From contig CBFFRP010000407.1 in NCBI GenBank assembly GCA_965644295.1, forward strand, positions 62,001 to 126,000: a stretch of DNA of 64,000 nt. Direction: 5' to 3'. Below the pieces are notes generated by a model. That model searched no databases. It worked only from the letters and a program-made list of their open reading frames with translations, and was not told the DNA's origin. This document shows, piece after piece, positions 50,530 to 63,919 of the stretch; positions within the stretch are counted from its first letter, which is position 1, and every line of letters begins with the position of its first letter. The DNA comes from Paraphysomonas bandaiensis. Its lineage: Eukaryota; Protista; Chrysophyceae. The position numbers were made by a program, and so were the translations under genes.

Positions 50530-50780
50530 TTACCACAGAAGGATACTGAGGTAATAGCAACTGTGAGGTGTTGAAATTCGTACACAAGTGTGAATGTGAA
50601 CAGTTGTAGTCGCACGAAAGGCTTCTTATTGCATTAATTAGCATAATCATCACACTTATATACAATGCGCTCAACCTCTGCTAGTGCTCCTGATTAAATG
50701 ATGTGAGAATGATATGAGGCACACAATATCCTGATAAGCACTGGATGCCACTGCCCTTAACCATCTAGTTATGAAGATAT
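50530..50780 (+). repeat. RepB copy (partial)
   Basis: Matches 20460-20700 and 18690-18890 (CACAGAAGGATACT..., AACCTCTGCTAGTGC). Confidence 0.8.
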
Positions 50781-52054
50781 CTCTCGGAACTTCTTGTGCA
50801 TATATAGTTGCAAGTACCCTGGTGCAACCGTCCCTTGTACTAAGGTTAGTCTGGGGGTTTGCCTGTATGTCGGACGGGCCTGTATCACAGAGTAGTAGTT
50901 GAGAGGGGTGGAGGGGGTGATGTGTAGATGAGAGTGTCAGTCGATGGTGGAGTTGTTACTGCTCGGCGTGCTGGGAGGGTGCGGTCGAGGTTAAGGAGTA
51001 GTTGTTTCCGGAGTGGGTGCGCTTGCTTTTTGCCGGGTTTGGACTCTTGGGGAGAGTGGGGTTCTAGTAGGGGTAGATGTCGCCTCAAGTAGTGTGTCCA
51101 GTATCGCTCAACCTGGGGTGTTTGGATTGCATGATGCTGCTTTTACTGTAATGATGTCATTGTGCTTTTCCAACAGATAGAATGCGTTGCTTTTCTATTG
51201 TTTTAAAAAAGAGGAGTATAAACTTTTTAGACAATATGTGGAATTCTCTGGTCTGAAATACAGCCCAACAAAAAGTTATACCCTTTTAGCTAGCACCCCG
51301 CTCCATGACTCTGTTGTTATAATATGGCCATGATTGCATCACAATGGCTGGTCCTGCCTCAATTTGGCACCTCTTCCCTGGACTCGGTCTACGTTTTCAC
51401 TCCACCCCACTCAGATAACAGCCTCTACACTACCCCTTTATACCGGCCTTCAGATTCCACTATACTCTAACTGTTTCAGTTTTATCACGCGCCTGTACTT
51501 CTGCAGTGACACCAGCTCTTTTACCCTACCACTTTGGTAGATACCTTATCAAGTTAATAACATCCACGCGAGCCTTAAATCGACGGACTTTCCCTGCAGC
51601 CAATCGGCTCAAACACTCCACTCTACCGGCCCTCCACCTATCAAGCAGTCAGACCGCCATTCTCATTGCTCTCTTGATCTCACTGAATATACTGCGAAGC
51701 AAAGCATTAAGCATTGACACAAGTCACAAGTGACTGTGTAAAGTTGATAGCATGATATTTCATGTGTGGGTGTATTGTCCCGAAAGTTGTCTGTGCAGGA
51801 CATACTTGATCAAACAGCTCATGAAGTAATATCTTGAGTGCCCAGTGAGGATCGTATCTTTGCAAGAAGAAATGTCTACGAACTGATTGACTACGATGAT
51901 AACACACCATGGGGACTCCTGCTGAGGAATGCAGAAGGATAAGAGACCCCACAACTCGTAAAGGTATGACTTTTGGTATTGTTGTATTGAATACCATGTC
52001 ACACTGCACCAGACAAGCAATTCAGAACACGTTTTCGAATCCCGTATCAAATGC

Positions 52055-52530
52055 TTTTTATTGCCTTGATTAGCATCATCATCACATACATTTATATAAA
52101 CACGCTCAACCTCTGCGAGTGCACCTGATTTGAATGATAGTGAGATGAGGCACACAATCCTGATAAGCACGACGTGACGGACACCCTGAAAGAGCTGGGT
52201 GCTACTGCCCTTAACTGCCAATACAGCATCAGATATGACACTTAAACTCTCCTGTAATATTCTTGAACTTGCTTCGAAGTCCAGGTTATGAAGATAGATC
52301 GCATGCACTCACATCATTATGATCTTCCACATCAGACGAAAGATGGACGATGACTTGGAGTGTTTGATGATATCCTTTTGATAGTTGACTTATCATTGTG
52401 GTTTCTCTATATAATTGTGTAATAATATAATGATATATATCACATACATATGACTGTCAATATCATAATTGATAATTAAGACACTCACGAGTTTCTGTTA
52501 TATATAACCCAATATTGAAGTTGAATGTGT
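52055..52530 (+). repeat. RepB copy
   Basis: Colinear with 18730-19195 (AACCTCTGC.AGTGCACCTGATT...CTTGGAGTGTTT...GAAGTTGAATGT). Confidence 0.85.
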
Positions 52531-52844
52531 ATATATAGTTTATATTACAATATGTTGCCAATATGCTATCTGTACAGCACACACTACATTTCATTTGTTT
52601 GTGTATTTAGGTCCCATTCAATATATCTGTGATTAAATGCAAGATTAAATACATCTTATAATTATTGTAATTATTAGACCATGTGATAATTATTAGTCAA
52701 TTGTAATATAAACAAAGTTGTGAATTTAAAACTGACACTGACAAACGCTTCATTATAACTAACGTGTATAATATATAGTATCAACATATGTATAAAACAA
52801 ATAGAACTCTTGCATGGATAACAGAAAATCAATCGGACCAAGAA

Positions 52845-53290
52845 TTACCATTGGTTGGCGTTGCTATCAGTGTCGTTGTCCTCGCCTTCGAGAGTTGTGC
52901 CAGCTCTTTTCTTCATCCTATCAGCTTCTTTACGATTCCAGGAGAGCTCCACCGTCTTGACGAGCAACTCTGCCTCTCCATATCTGCACGCCTGACGGTA
53001 TTGTTTCGTCCTGCATCAACATATATTACTATTGAATAACATTATAAGATCTATATACCTTATATGACTATCTTTTTTATTTTCAGTGTTGTTTATTTCT
53101 TCCAAATAGTTTCAGAGTTGATTCCAAAGAGTTCATTAATGTATGCATGTAAGTTTAAATCAACACTCATTCTTCACTTTCCACAATCTGATCAATAGTA
53201 ATGGTTCCTGCCGGAATATACTCGGTCAGGGATGCGGTTTCACTGATGTAGATGTCAGTACTTTCATTGTTGACCAGGAGTGCGGCGTGT
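52845..53290 (-). pseudogene. Degenerate coding relic, possibly a Merlin/ISXO2-type transposase fragment
   Basis: Frameshifted pieces 'EYIPAGT..SDC.K' and 'LHAYINELF' resemble Merlin I.PGT.I.SD and YL.EF motifs. An exon-like stretch at 53011-52845 follows. Weak evidence. Confidence 0.3.
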
Positions 53291-54331
53291 CGTAAGAAGT
53301 TTCACCAAGCGCTGTTATCGTCGTAGTCTTGATGCCTTATCACCAAGGCTCCATGCCTGCCAAAGCAATGGCAAGCTTCTGCCACTGCTTGAGGCTATAT
53401 ATCTTCGTGCCCGGTGCTGTTTATCAGGTGTATAACTATTAATGAAGCTCAATTATTGTGTAAAAATGTTTTCCACTCAAGATTTCTGTCCTTGAAGACA
53501 AAAAGACATACTATAGTAGGTATACAGATGGTAGCCCTACCTCAATATGTATTCCGACTCCACCTCACAACTACTCTCCCACTCCGTCCCTTGCATATGT
53601 ACATATATCTGTGCATTGTTGGACACATCTACTCGACTGCCCCACACTCCTCAATCCGATATTGCCTCTCTTGTACCATCACACTTCCTCTCGTCCCTGT
53701 TGCTGGATACACCGGAGAACCGTCGTATCCCACTGGTGTCCAACTACACACTCTCTTCCATGTGTTTCTGCTATTGAAAAAAAAACGATTCCGACGCTTC
53801 TTCGCAGCAGATCATCACCTTTTGCAAGACCTACACCCACATAACTCCGAACCCCTTGGTACAATGCGTAAGGGAACGCCGCCAGTTCGCCAAACTCAGA
53901 AAGGTATATAGCTGCCTCCCCTAGTTGCCGTGAGGCACAGAAGGCAGTTCCAAATGCAAATTGCACAAAATGTATGTGTGGTCTTAAACGTTCCAGTGTG
54001 GTAGTAGTAGACTTAGATCACTGCTTTCACTTGTCATGCTGTGCGGTGTACAACGTACCCTACATACACATCTATGAATATAGCGTGAATGGTCGCACCT
54101 TGGTGTTTGCTTGTTAATAAGACTTTCAATATACAATATACAATGTGGCTTTATATCACCAAAAATTCTAGCTTAAAAACCTACAGATATGAAATATATT
54201 ATTTACATCAATACCACTATATCCAATTCTGCACGTAATCGTGCTAATACAAGGTCATAATAGAAAAATAATCGCCACGATGGCTCTTGCTATAGTAATA
54301 CATTGGATTTCTCAGCTCATACAAACAAATA

Positions 54332-57300
54332 TTATCTGGTTTGAAGCACTCCTCGTGCCTTAAGTCCCTGCTTTGATTGGTGAAAAGATAGCATATCATC
54401 AATACTCTGGTCACGAGAAAGTGACGGGACAGGGACGGCATTTGATCTTTGCTGTTGACCCCGGGGATATGCTCGGATAGACGCCGCCGACTCCCACATA
54501 TGGTCCGTTGGCGAGTGACTAGGGGAAGACGCACACTGCTTCGGTGGAGATCGAGCACGGGGAGCAGACGAAAGTCGACGTCGTGCTGGCATTGGACCGG
54601 ATTGAGTTGAGTCTGTCCACACCGATGGAAGACCAAACTCATGTGTATGTCTCGGACGACGAGCGCTGCGAACTGAGCGAGAGCTTTGGACACCGCTATC
54701 AATAGACTTGTCGTACAGCATCCGAAAAGAACTGCAGAGTACAACCAAATGTAAAAATCGTAATATGGACTTCATATTATTCAAACCTGTTGTCATTCAT
54801 CTCACCATCCGCAAACGAGTTCCACACCATGTTGTTGAAATCCGTATCATCAGACACGGAGTACTCAGGAAATAAGTCACAAAGTGTGGCTGTTGAATTT
54901 CCCGCTGAACCAGGGGTTACAGTCGGAAAGAACACACGCTTTGCCGATGAGCCGCGACAATGAGGAACCTCGCTAGACATTTTATGACGAAGCGATAACT
55001 GTGAACATCATTAATACCTTTGCATCGCACAATTTAACAAATATTTACTAATTAAAACACTTATTAAGAAGTTGTGCGCATATGAATGTTGTCCTATAAT
55101 ACTCACCGGAGCTACCAGGAATTCAGTCTGAGTGGAAACGTCTTCAACTAAAGGATCCGTCTGCATATCTGTATGCACAAGGTCGAATAGACGCGCCCGC
55201 TCTCGCTCTAAAACCAGAGCAAGATCATCAGCTGCTTTTGTGTGCAACTCCACGGTCGACTCTAATTTCCTATTCAATTCCTGAATTTGTATTTGGCGAG
55301 AATCATTCTCTTCCGATGTTTGCTGTAGCTTGTGCGTTGTGCTGGTATGAACATCCTGCAAATCCAATTACAAAAGTATAAATACGTGCGTCAAAAAAAA
55401 ACTGCAAATAAACGGTGAAGTAAACGAAGACTTTACTCACAGTCAAATTCCTGTGTAATTCTTGCAAGACGTTATGTTCTTCATCCAGGGCTGCTAATGC
55501 TGCTGTTGTCTCTTTTAAATTCTTTGCCAGGTGAGTATTTCTGTCGAACAACTCTTTCGCGCGCCTAGAATCAGGAGCCATTTCATCGATTCGCTGACTC
55601 AAATTTTCAACCTATCAATATAAGTCACAGCATTGAAGATACAAATTTAAACAACTACACTGTACATAAGGCAGCCGAAAACACTAGCAACTTTATGTCT
55701 ACCTCCAATGTTAGCGCCGATATCTTGTTGTCGGCTTCGTCTTTCTCCCTCAGTGTCGTTGTGAGTTCTTCATACACCTTCGCCAACTTTCCTTCTGAAC
55801 CACTTCCTCCAACTCCACCTAGCATTACGAACAACCATAGCACAAACAATAATTACAACAGCGGAAAAAACTTTCAGTAATCTGCATATCATTCTTACCG
55901 TCAAGTGCCATAAGCTTAGAATCTGCCCAGTCAGAGAGAATGCGCTGCAAAGTGCTATCAACTTCCCCAACGATTTTATCATTGTAGTCCTTCAGTTGAA
56001 GAACAGTACCAAAAGCGATTTCGAATTTTACCTGAGAAACACACGCAAAAAAGTCTAGTCAGAAAAGCAGAAACAACGTCAATATACATTCGCGCATTGC
56101 ACCTGTCTGTGAACAGGGTCAAACCCGAAGTAGTTGGACGCTTTGGAATCAATTACTTCCCCAGACACTGGATCAACCTCATCTCGACAAAGCTCACGCA
56201 ATAGGTCCATGTTCATGCTATAGTCATGAACCCATTGACCTTTCCGTTTATCAAACTTATTAGGATTACGAAGAATTCGCTGAGCCTATTTGAAAGTTAA
56301 ATATTACCATTGAGCAGCTAGTTCTCAATGCACACGTATCTTTCGTTATAAAAACATTTATTTTACTCACATCTTCCACATCATCCGGATCAGAACTAAA
56401 GCCCATATATTGTTTAATAAAGTCGAACATTTGTTGCATTTTACAAAATAAATCCGCATTTTGCTTTGTGACGCGCATTGCTTTCCACATACCCTGTGCA
56501 AGAGCGTAAAATAAATACCTCGCAGAATTTAATTCTTTAATTCACCATAGTGCACTTGGTCATTGCAGCGCAAAAGTCAATTGTAACCGGGGCCATGACA
56601 TGTGACGCTTTGGCAGCAATCTCTTCGCCCAAGTTTTCAGCAAGAATATCGTTCAGTGCACTTGTGAAATGTCCCCAGGTCTTGGCCACGTCATTAGACA
56701 ATTCTACTTCAACTTCATCCTCCTCTTCACTTTCCTCGCCATCAACTGACACCGAAGCGGTCTTACTTACAAGGGATTGAGTTAATTCTGAGGACTCTCC
56801 GCTGTTAGTGGGAGTGGTGCTAATCTGATTTTCAGTGTCAGCTCGTTTAGAGCTACTGCATTCGGTAAAAGATCCTTGCGAAAGAACCACCTGAGCTGTT
56901 GCAATGGTGGTATCTCCAACGCTCACGCAATCAGACTCAGCTTCAGATAATTCAATAGTGTGTACATCAGAATTGCTTTTCTCAAGGTCCACACTGGACA
57001 GAGTGCGAATGATACCCCCTCTCACACGATGCTTTTTGTCTACACGGGCCTCAGATGCAAGCGACTCATTCTTCACGAGCTTAGTGGCAGATTTGACAAT
57101 TAGGTCTCTTGGATGTTCTACTTTAATGTCCTCTAACTGTGCTAATTTGGTGTACCGCTTTTTAGAGGATGTTTTTCTTGTCCGACGAATTTTAGGAGAG
57201 GGGATAATATTATCCCTATCTTCATCGCTCCCACTCACATAAGCCTCTGACTTAGAGGTTGAGACAGACCTCAACCGAGTGGGTCCGACTTCCGGAGTAG

Positions 57301-59607
57301 ACCTACCGCTCACTGATACACACTCGTCTGCAGATGTTACAGTTGTAACACCTGTGTTGGTCACGGTGACAGAATCGTTGGTACTGGTAGGGGTAGTATC
57401 CGTCATCGTGCGAAATGAACTTCGCTGTTCTTCTTTACTTTTGTAGTCTTCCTTTCTAACTATCTGTGTCTTCCTCGGAGGGCGTCCTCTAGCTCGCTCT
57501 GTAGGTTTGTACCGCTTCTTCTTTTCAAGTCCACTTCCACTATCAACAGCTATATCTGCGTTTTCGTCCTCGTTTTCACCATCATCTGTGCGAGGGGTAT
57601 TTTCCCTGCTCTGTGGCGCGCTTCTGCGCATACTCCTTCGGGTTGGAGCTTCAATACTAACTTCTGCTGTAGTTTCGACATCCTCAGACTTCGACTCCGA
57701 AACACTGTCCCGCAATGACTTTCGGGACGAATTGTGCAATCTTGACTCCTTTATAATTACCCCAGGACGTCGTCCATCTTTATGATGAGGGTCTGGAATA
57801 AACGCTTTATCATTTTCTTCCTTTACAAGAGTCTTACGACTAGCACCTAGGGGTCGAATAGACGGTCGGCGATTAGAACTTGCTTGTGGGGCTGGTGCCG
57901 AGGCGGCAGCTTCGGCTGTTTTGATTGCTTCAGCTGCTTTCAATTCTGCAGCAACAAGTTCGTCGGCTATTTTCTTTGCCTTCTCTTCAAACTCCTGGGC
58001 CGTCTTCGTGGCCTCTACTAATCTCAGTTTGTACTTTTCGGACTCGCTTTCAGTTTTAGCCTTGTAGTTCCTGTAGCTAACTTCCACATCGTTGAAACGG
58101 GACTCCAGGTCATCTTTATCTTGCATAGTGTTCGATAACAAACTCTGTACATCTCGCAGACTGCAGTTCGTAACCTGATACAATATATTAGTAGAAACAT
58201 ATTTCTTCAAGAAAACTTACGTCAAGCTCCTCTCTGAGTTGGTCTACCATAGCCTCAAGACCCTCGATCTCCGATGCGCTTTGCTCCTGATTCGTCTGAA
58301 GGTCCATCTGCAGTGCACTTTTCGTCGCCTGCAATAGAATATCACGTAAAATACTAACCACATCACTCTTAGCACCTGAAGATCTTCCACCTCTTTCCTG
58401 GAAGCTTCCAGCAGACTTTGAAGCTTAATATTCCTCTTCTGAAACGAATCTGCATTTGCTTTGAAGCGCTGAATGCTATCTTTGCCATACTCAATCTCAA
58501 CCTTTGCGTCTGTCAACTGCTTTGCCATTGTTTCCAATTCATGTGTCTAAAATATTTACAGAATATTGTAAAAATAACGTCCCACAAGGCGAAAGGAAAC
58601 GTAGCACATGACAAACCTGAGCGTTTAGCTTTTCATTCATAAACTTCAGCTGAGATTTTATGGATTGCTGTGATTCCTCTGCGTGTTTCAGCTCCTGAGT
58701 GAGACGCTTGTTCTCTACTTCGAACTGCGCCAGTTTATCACGCACAATCATTTGATCACGGTTCATGGTGCGGTACTCGTGGTTATCGGCACGCAGCGCT
58801 ACAGCCATATTTGAGGCGCGTTACATACACCACACTCACCAAGCGCAAGAATACCTTGATTGGCGCTCTGTAACTGGGAGTTTTCCTTTACCAAACACTC
58901 ATCTCGTGCTCTCAACTCCCTCATTTGTGTGTACAAAACACGTTTCTGTTGTGTGGTGCATCAAACATACTATACAAAGCATATGCAACTGTTGGTAGTA
59001 CCTCATCCTTGTGTTTTCTGTCAAATTCTTCCATCCGCTTTTCAATGGCCTCCATCTGGGCAGTCTTTGTAGCAATGATTACTCTTAACTCATCCTTGTT
59101 CTTATCTAAATGTGACAATGCTTTAGAAAGTTCTTCAATCTCTGAACTATCGTGGTGAACAATTTCAACGCTTCCACCACAAGTGTCACAGGGAATAATG
59201 TCTAGAGAAGCTTCTTTTGGAGAATAAAGCATGAGATGCTGTCTCAAGTCAACACTGGGGATGCTCTTCCGATATTGGCTCAACAGTGAATTTCTCTCGT
59301 CGTTAGTTAGAAGTTCTTCAAGCAAGTGCCGCAGCATGACTACATCACGAAGATATGCCTTCCGCAATTCCGCAATCAAGAGGCCTCGTCGTTTCAGTCT
59401 GTCTAAATAAGTTTGTGGGGGTACCGCTTCCTTTCGACTAGCAGCGACATCATCTTCATTAGTGGGATCCTTCGTGAAGGTTGAGTCAACAGATTCATCG
59501 TCATAATCAGGATCCATCGCTTCAATAGCTGCAGACGCCTCAGAAAGCTCACGACATTCCGATAGCGGCATCGACGAACTGCGAACGAGTGATGATAAGC
59601 TGCTCAT
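54332..59607 (-). CDS. Large coiled-coil / low-complexity protein of unknown function, multi-exon
   Basis: Consecutive minus-strand ORFs (58921-59631, 58539-58808, 58244-58537, 56537-58210, 55011-55602, 54332-54980) joined by GT-AG introns. Heptad-rich, with a CxxC 'PCDTCGG' near the N-terminus. Confidence 0.75.
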
Positions 59608-60148
59608 GTCTGTGGAACAAGAAGAAGGCAAACAAAAAATACAGCAAAAGTGGCTTTAATAGCTGCACATGGCGTCACACTATCCTCCGGACGAAACACA
59701 GTTAAAGCACTCTTAGCAAACACACATACACACAGCGCTCATGTCTAGATGTTGTTAATTTTCTTTGAATATGTAACGATAAAATCAACCACCTGACTAC
59801 GAATACCGCCGACTACACCTACAGCCAGTGCATGATGGTGTGTAGTGGTGTATGTACATGTATGTATGAAGCCAATCGTAGGAATCGTATTCCGGTATTC
59901 CGTGTATTCTTATTCCTAATGGCTTTGTATGCAAGATGCAGTATACGGTATGTATACGTGCAGTACAACTGTGTGTTGTTATATGCTATACGGATATGCG
60001 GGCTGCGGAGTGTAAAGTGTATGAAGAGTTGGCTCCATATACCGCCCTGTACCTGCCTCTTACATGAGACAGAGAGACACTCCCTCCACAGCCCAGTCCT
60101 TGTCTAGTATTACTCATCTTCAGAACACGTGTGTAGAATTGACTGGAT

Positions 60149-60503
60149 ATGGTGGGTATCGTCTATTATTGCCGCACTGATGTAAACTAATTGTCCTCAC
60201 TTGTTCAGTCCGCCCTATTCGACTTTCCGTCTTTGCTCGTTGTGATTCTTCTTTTCATATGTACAACCACGTATCTCAGAAGCCTTTATCCGACGATATT
60301 TGCATCAGGGGACAATCCACAAAAGGTAATCACAGATATTTACACATCGAATCTGCTGTGTTTGATGTTTCAGTATTATTATTTAGCATGATGGGATTAG
60401 CGGGTTTTGTTGGAAAGCTTCAAGGATAGGGGAAAGAGTGAGCTTATACGTGGCGATCGGATGCGTTTTGATGGCTTTTCATATTCTGTTTCTCAAGCAA
60501 TAG
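60149..60503 (+). CDS. TMEM167: Protein kish (TMEM167). Exons 60149-60151, 60209-60325, 60387-60503.
   Basis: 'M|SALFDFPSLLVVILLFICTTTYLR...|HDGISGFCWKASRIGERVSLYVAIGCVLMAFHILF' matches the kish consensus. Confidence 0.92.
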
Positions 60504-62195
60504 TTACTCATATCGCACTAGCTTAAAAGTATTCCAGAGAGTATCACGATGGGTTACCAAATATGATAATTTGTATTTAATAATATTGAGTGAAGAAATT
60601 CAATAATACCAGGCTAGATTTAGCCCCTTCAGAAAGAAATATATGGATTTATGTATTTTGCATATCTTATAAACTTATGACGAGGTACAACAGCAGGGCT
60701 TGATTTCCTTTTTGTTGAATCTGTTACACCAACCAGGCGTGATCGTTCTCCATCTCTTTACCTCGGAAATCAATTTACATAGCAAATATGTCATCGATAT
60801 TCACATTTCGTTCAGAATCAAATAGTTTAACGTAATTAAGATTTATAGGAAGTGCAATAACCAGATATCACCAGGTTACTTTATATTTTATATTTTATAC
60901 TATGATCTCTCTTTAGTATATGATTACCAAGCTTGTACATATTATATGTTTGAAAGCATGCAATTATTACAGTTCGTGGACTTATATATTACCAGGATCT
61001 ATAGCATATAATAGCATTGATAAGATGAGCTTATTATTGATAAAAATAACTTTAACAGAAAAGGATATAGATAACAGAGTTATATTGAGGACTATCAATG
61101 AAGAATGATGAGAACAATGACTGATGATATTCAAGGGACATTATAATGATGCGCAATGCAGGAGAAATCCGGGTTTTACGTCCATACTGATAGATGTGTA
61201 TTGTCGGATTATCCAATATTACAGTTGTACTTTATGTATTCTGTATTTGGTATTGTCCCGAAGTTATTGTCTTTTGAATACTATATCTCCTCCTTCTTGC
61301 CTATACATATGTATGTTAGTATGTTTGAACTAGATCTATTTTGCATCAACTACTATGAAATGCTTAATGTATCTTTCCTTATACATTGATTATGAATTAT
61401 CCTCATGAACTAGTGTTCATGTCTAATCGACTGGTATGTTGGTATGGAAAGCTTTGTTGCGTTTTGCAATTAAAAGCTGTAATTCTATCCGTCAGTTATG
61501 TCTCGTGGTTTGACAAATCAATGTACAGCTTTGAATTGAGAGGGAGTGTTGAGTTTTGCTGTTTGAGCAATTAAAAGCTGTAATTCTAAGGTGTTGGAAT
61601 TATGACCATTAGTCGAAGAATACAGTATGATGAGCTGTATTATGAGAAGTGATATCATGACGATGTAAGATCGTACTAGAAATGAGTGGTAGTAGAGATA
61701 ACGTGATATATAATCTTTTCTTATCTTAACTTGAGTAAATACTTATACGTGAAAAAGTAACATTATAAATATGCATTATTAAATTTTGGTATATGGCGAC
61801 ATTTTATCTTTTTAACCTCTCAGAGATACAAATTACAGTAAAGTAGTAATCATTCAGTACTTTTAGATACAAAACCAGGTTTTGGTATATTACCCCGACG
61901 ACTTCAAAGCAATCCATCACATAACCAGCACAGTTCATCCATTGTTGGTGCAGAAAGATTGCCAGCTACTCTTGTCTCATGCATATTATATACTTATATG
62001 AATAATGTCCTACAGTGTTAAGCAAGCATATACATATATATAATATATTTATATAATATACTGTGTTTATAATAATAGTATATATATTATATACATATTA
62101 TATAGAACATTGCATACATAAAATTACAATACACATAAAACCTTACAAAAAGAGGTCTTACGATGGTTCTTATTCCACCAAAATACTAGTGAATG

Positions 62196-62272
62196 TCTGA
62201 TAGGCGTGTAAGAGTCAGAGCTAATGTATCAAAAATATTAACTAACTTGTGCTTTACTCTGATATCCTACTC
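62196..62272. repeat. RepA fragment (left end)
   Basis: GTGAATGTCTGATAGGCGTGTAAGAGTC...AACTTGTGCT..ACTCTGATATCCTACT matches 1731-1820. Confidence 0.75.
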
Positions 62273-62384
62273 TAATAGATATCCTAACTCGTGATGTTGC
62301 TGCAAAGGATGTTGTTGATAGCAAAATATCTACTGATATGCCTCATATATCACCTGCACCTCAAAATGTCTCCAAAATATGTCC

Positions 62385-62773
62385 CATGTAGAATCCACCA
62401 TACCTCGTAACATGCCTGCAATATCTTATGCACCTCATGTTGGCATGATGATGGTGTCTGTCTCTCACACGGGAAAACGTCGTCCTCTGAAAGCAATGCA
62501 TATACGTCGTCTGCAAGGTATCTTGATGCACACGCTCAAAAGTCGAGTTGCCTGGTCTTGGGCCACCTGCATATACGGAAATATTCCTTATAACTGCTAT
62601 CATCATGCCTGCTGTTGTTGTTTAACTGTGTAACGCAGTAGCAGACGACGTATATGCATTGCTTTCAGTGGACGACGTTGTCCCGTGGTGTGAGAGACAG
62701 ACACCATCATCATGCCAACATGAGGTGCATAAGATATTGCAGGCATGTTACGAGGTACGGTGGATTCTACATG
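62385..62773. repeat. Near-perfect inverted repeat, arms 62385-62514 and 62641-62773, 126-bp spacer
   Basis: The arms are reverse complements with only a few mismatches and one small indel. The ORF track gives the same peptide on both strands. Confidence 0.95.
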
Positions 62774-62809
62774 ATTACTTCAAAACGTTTTTATGAATCC
62801 ATATTACAC

Positions 62810-62844
<35 letters not shown>

Positions 62845-63181
62845 AGATTAATAAGATCTGTTCGTGATTATGATTATAATAATATATATAATAAGCAATA
62901 ATTGTGTACAACATGAGTATCAGTCAGTCAGTAGTACTCTCGAAATGTTTTTTCTTTTTTCTCAGAACATGTTTTACTGACACAAGCAAAACTTTTAACA
63001 ACATGTATGTCAAAAAGTAGTTACTTCTGGTGCATATATGGCTCCAGAAGAATTCATATGACATCTGAACGATTATGAAAACCTGGTCAAATTCACTTCC
63101 CAGGTTTCATGCCCAGGTCGACTTTTGTCCAGTGAACTTAGTAAATCATCCAATTGTGCCATATCTTGACAAGCTTGAAAG

Positions 63182-63657
63182 TCTTACTATTAGCAATAGG
63201 CGTTAAAAACCTGCACCAAATAGGTAGCTAGATAAATGCTAGACAAACTAGTTAGACCTCTACCTGTAACTAATCAGTACACACTTTTTTATCCTACTAT
63301 ATAAGAAGGCTACGGAAGCTGCTTGTGAGTCGCCGCAAGCACCAAGGTGCGACCACCTCCGCTCTGAGTTCTTAAGGTGAACATCCCGGATTCTTGACTT
63401 CAGCAGGCAGCCGAATATCCCGGTTACCCTTCAGGTGATCCCTGTTTTTTCGTCAGGGCCCAAAGACGTCTACACAAGTGACACTTATTGGTGTCCCTTG
63501 TACCACACAAGCATTCGGCTGTGAGTGGGCAGACGAATATCTGCTGACTATGTTTGCGGCTCACGTTAGTTTCCCAGAATGAATCTCTCCGTTACTCTTA
63601 TCCCCCAGAACATCACGAAAAGGTGAGAGTCCGACTTTGTTGAGGGCATAGGATGGT
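63182..63657. mobile_element. RepA full-length copy flanked by the 11-bp direct repeat AAGCTTGAAAG
   Basis: Direct repeat at 63171-63181 and 63658-63668. Colinear with copies 1 and 2 and rich in hairpins. Confidence 0.7.
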
Positions 63658-63919
63658 AAGCTTGAAAGATTTATAGACTGAACGGCATAATGCTTTAATT
63701 ATTATAAATTAGAAACATATATATAATTATGATCAATGTCACTTATCATTCATATGGCCAATTGCCGGATTACACCCTTTCTCCTCTCTCCTTCTTGTGT
63801 GTGAATTGAGACGATTCCAACCACCAATCATTCTCATAGTACTATCATAACAGATATAATATATAATATTGTCACGATATTATGCAGTCCAGAAGTTTCA
63901 GTTTCACTACTACTATGAT

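Noticed and set aside
50820-51700. Possible Penelope/non-LTR retroelement relic
   Set aside because: The composition is distinct, but I could not read any diagnostic RT or GIY-YIG motif.
51760-52308. 182-aa ORF in RepB and a Cys-rich 'CTCRG' frame
   Set aside because: The reading frames are broken by stops and indels between RepB copies, and no domain is assignable.
63440-63460. Hammerhead ribozyme core (CTGACGA on the minus strand) in RepA
   Set aside because: It is not conserved in copies 1 and 2, and there is no proper stem II-GAAA arrangement.
63540-63635. Group I intron R/S or RNase P/MRP-like words (GACTA...AAGGTGAGAGTCC) in RepA
   Set aside because: The resemblance is short, the R-like word is not conserved in copy 1, and there are no convincing P/Q elements. 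It needs a covariance-model search.
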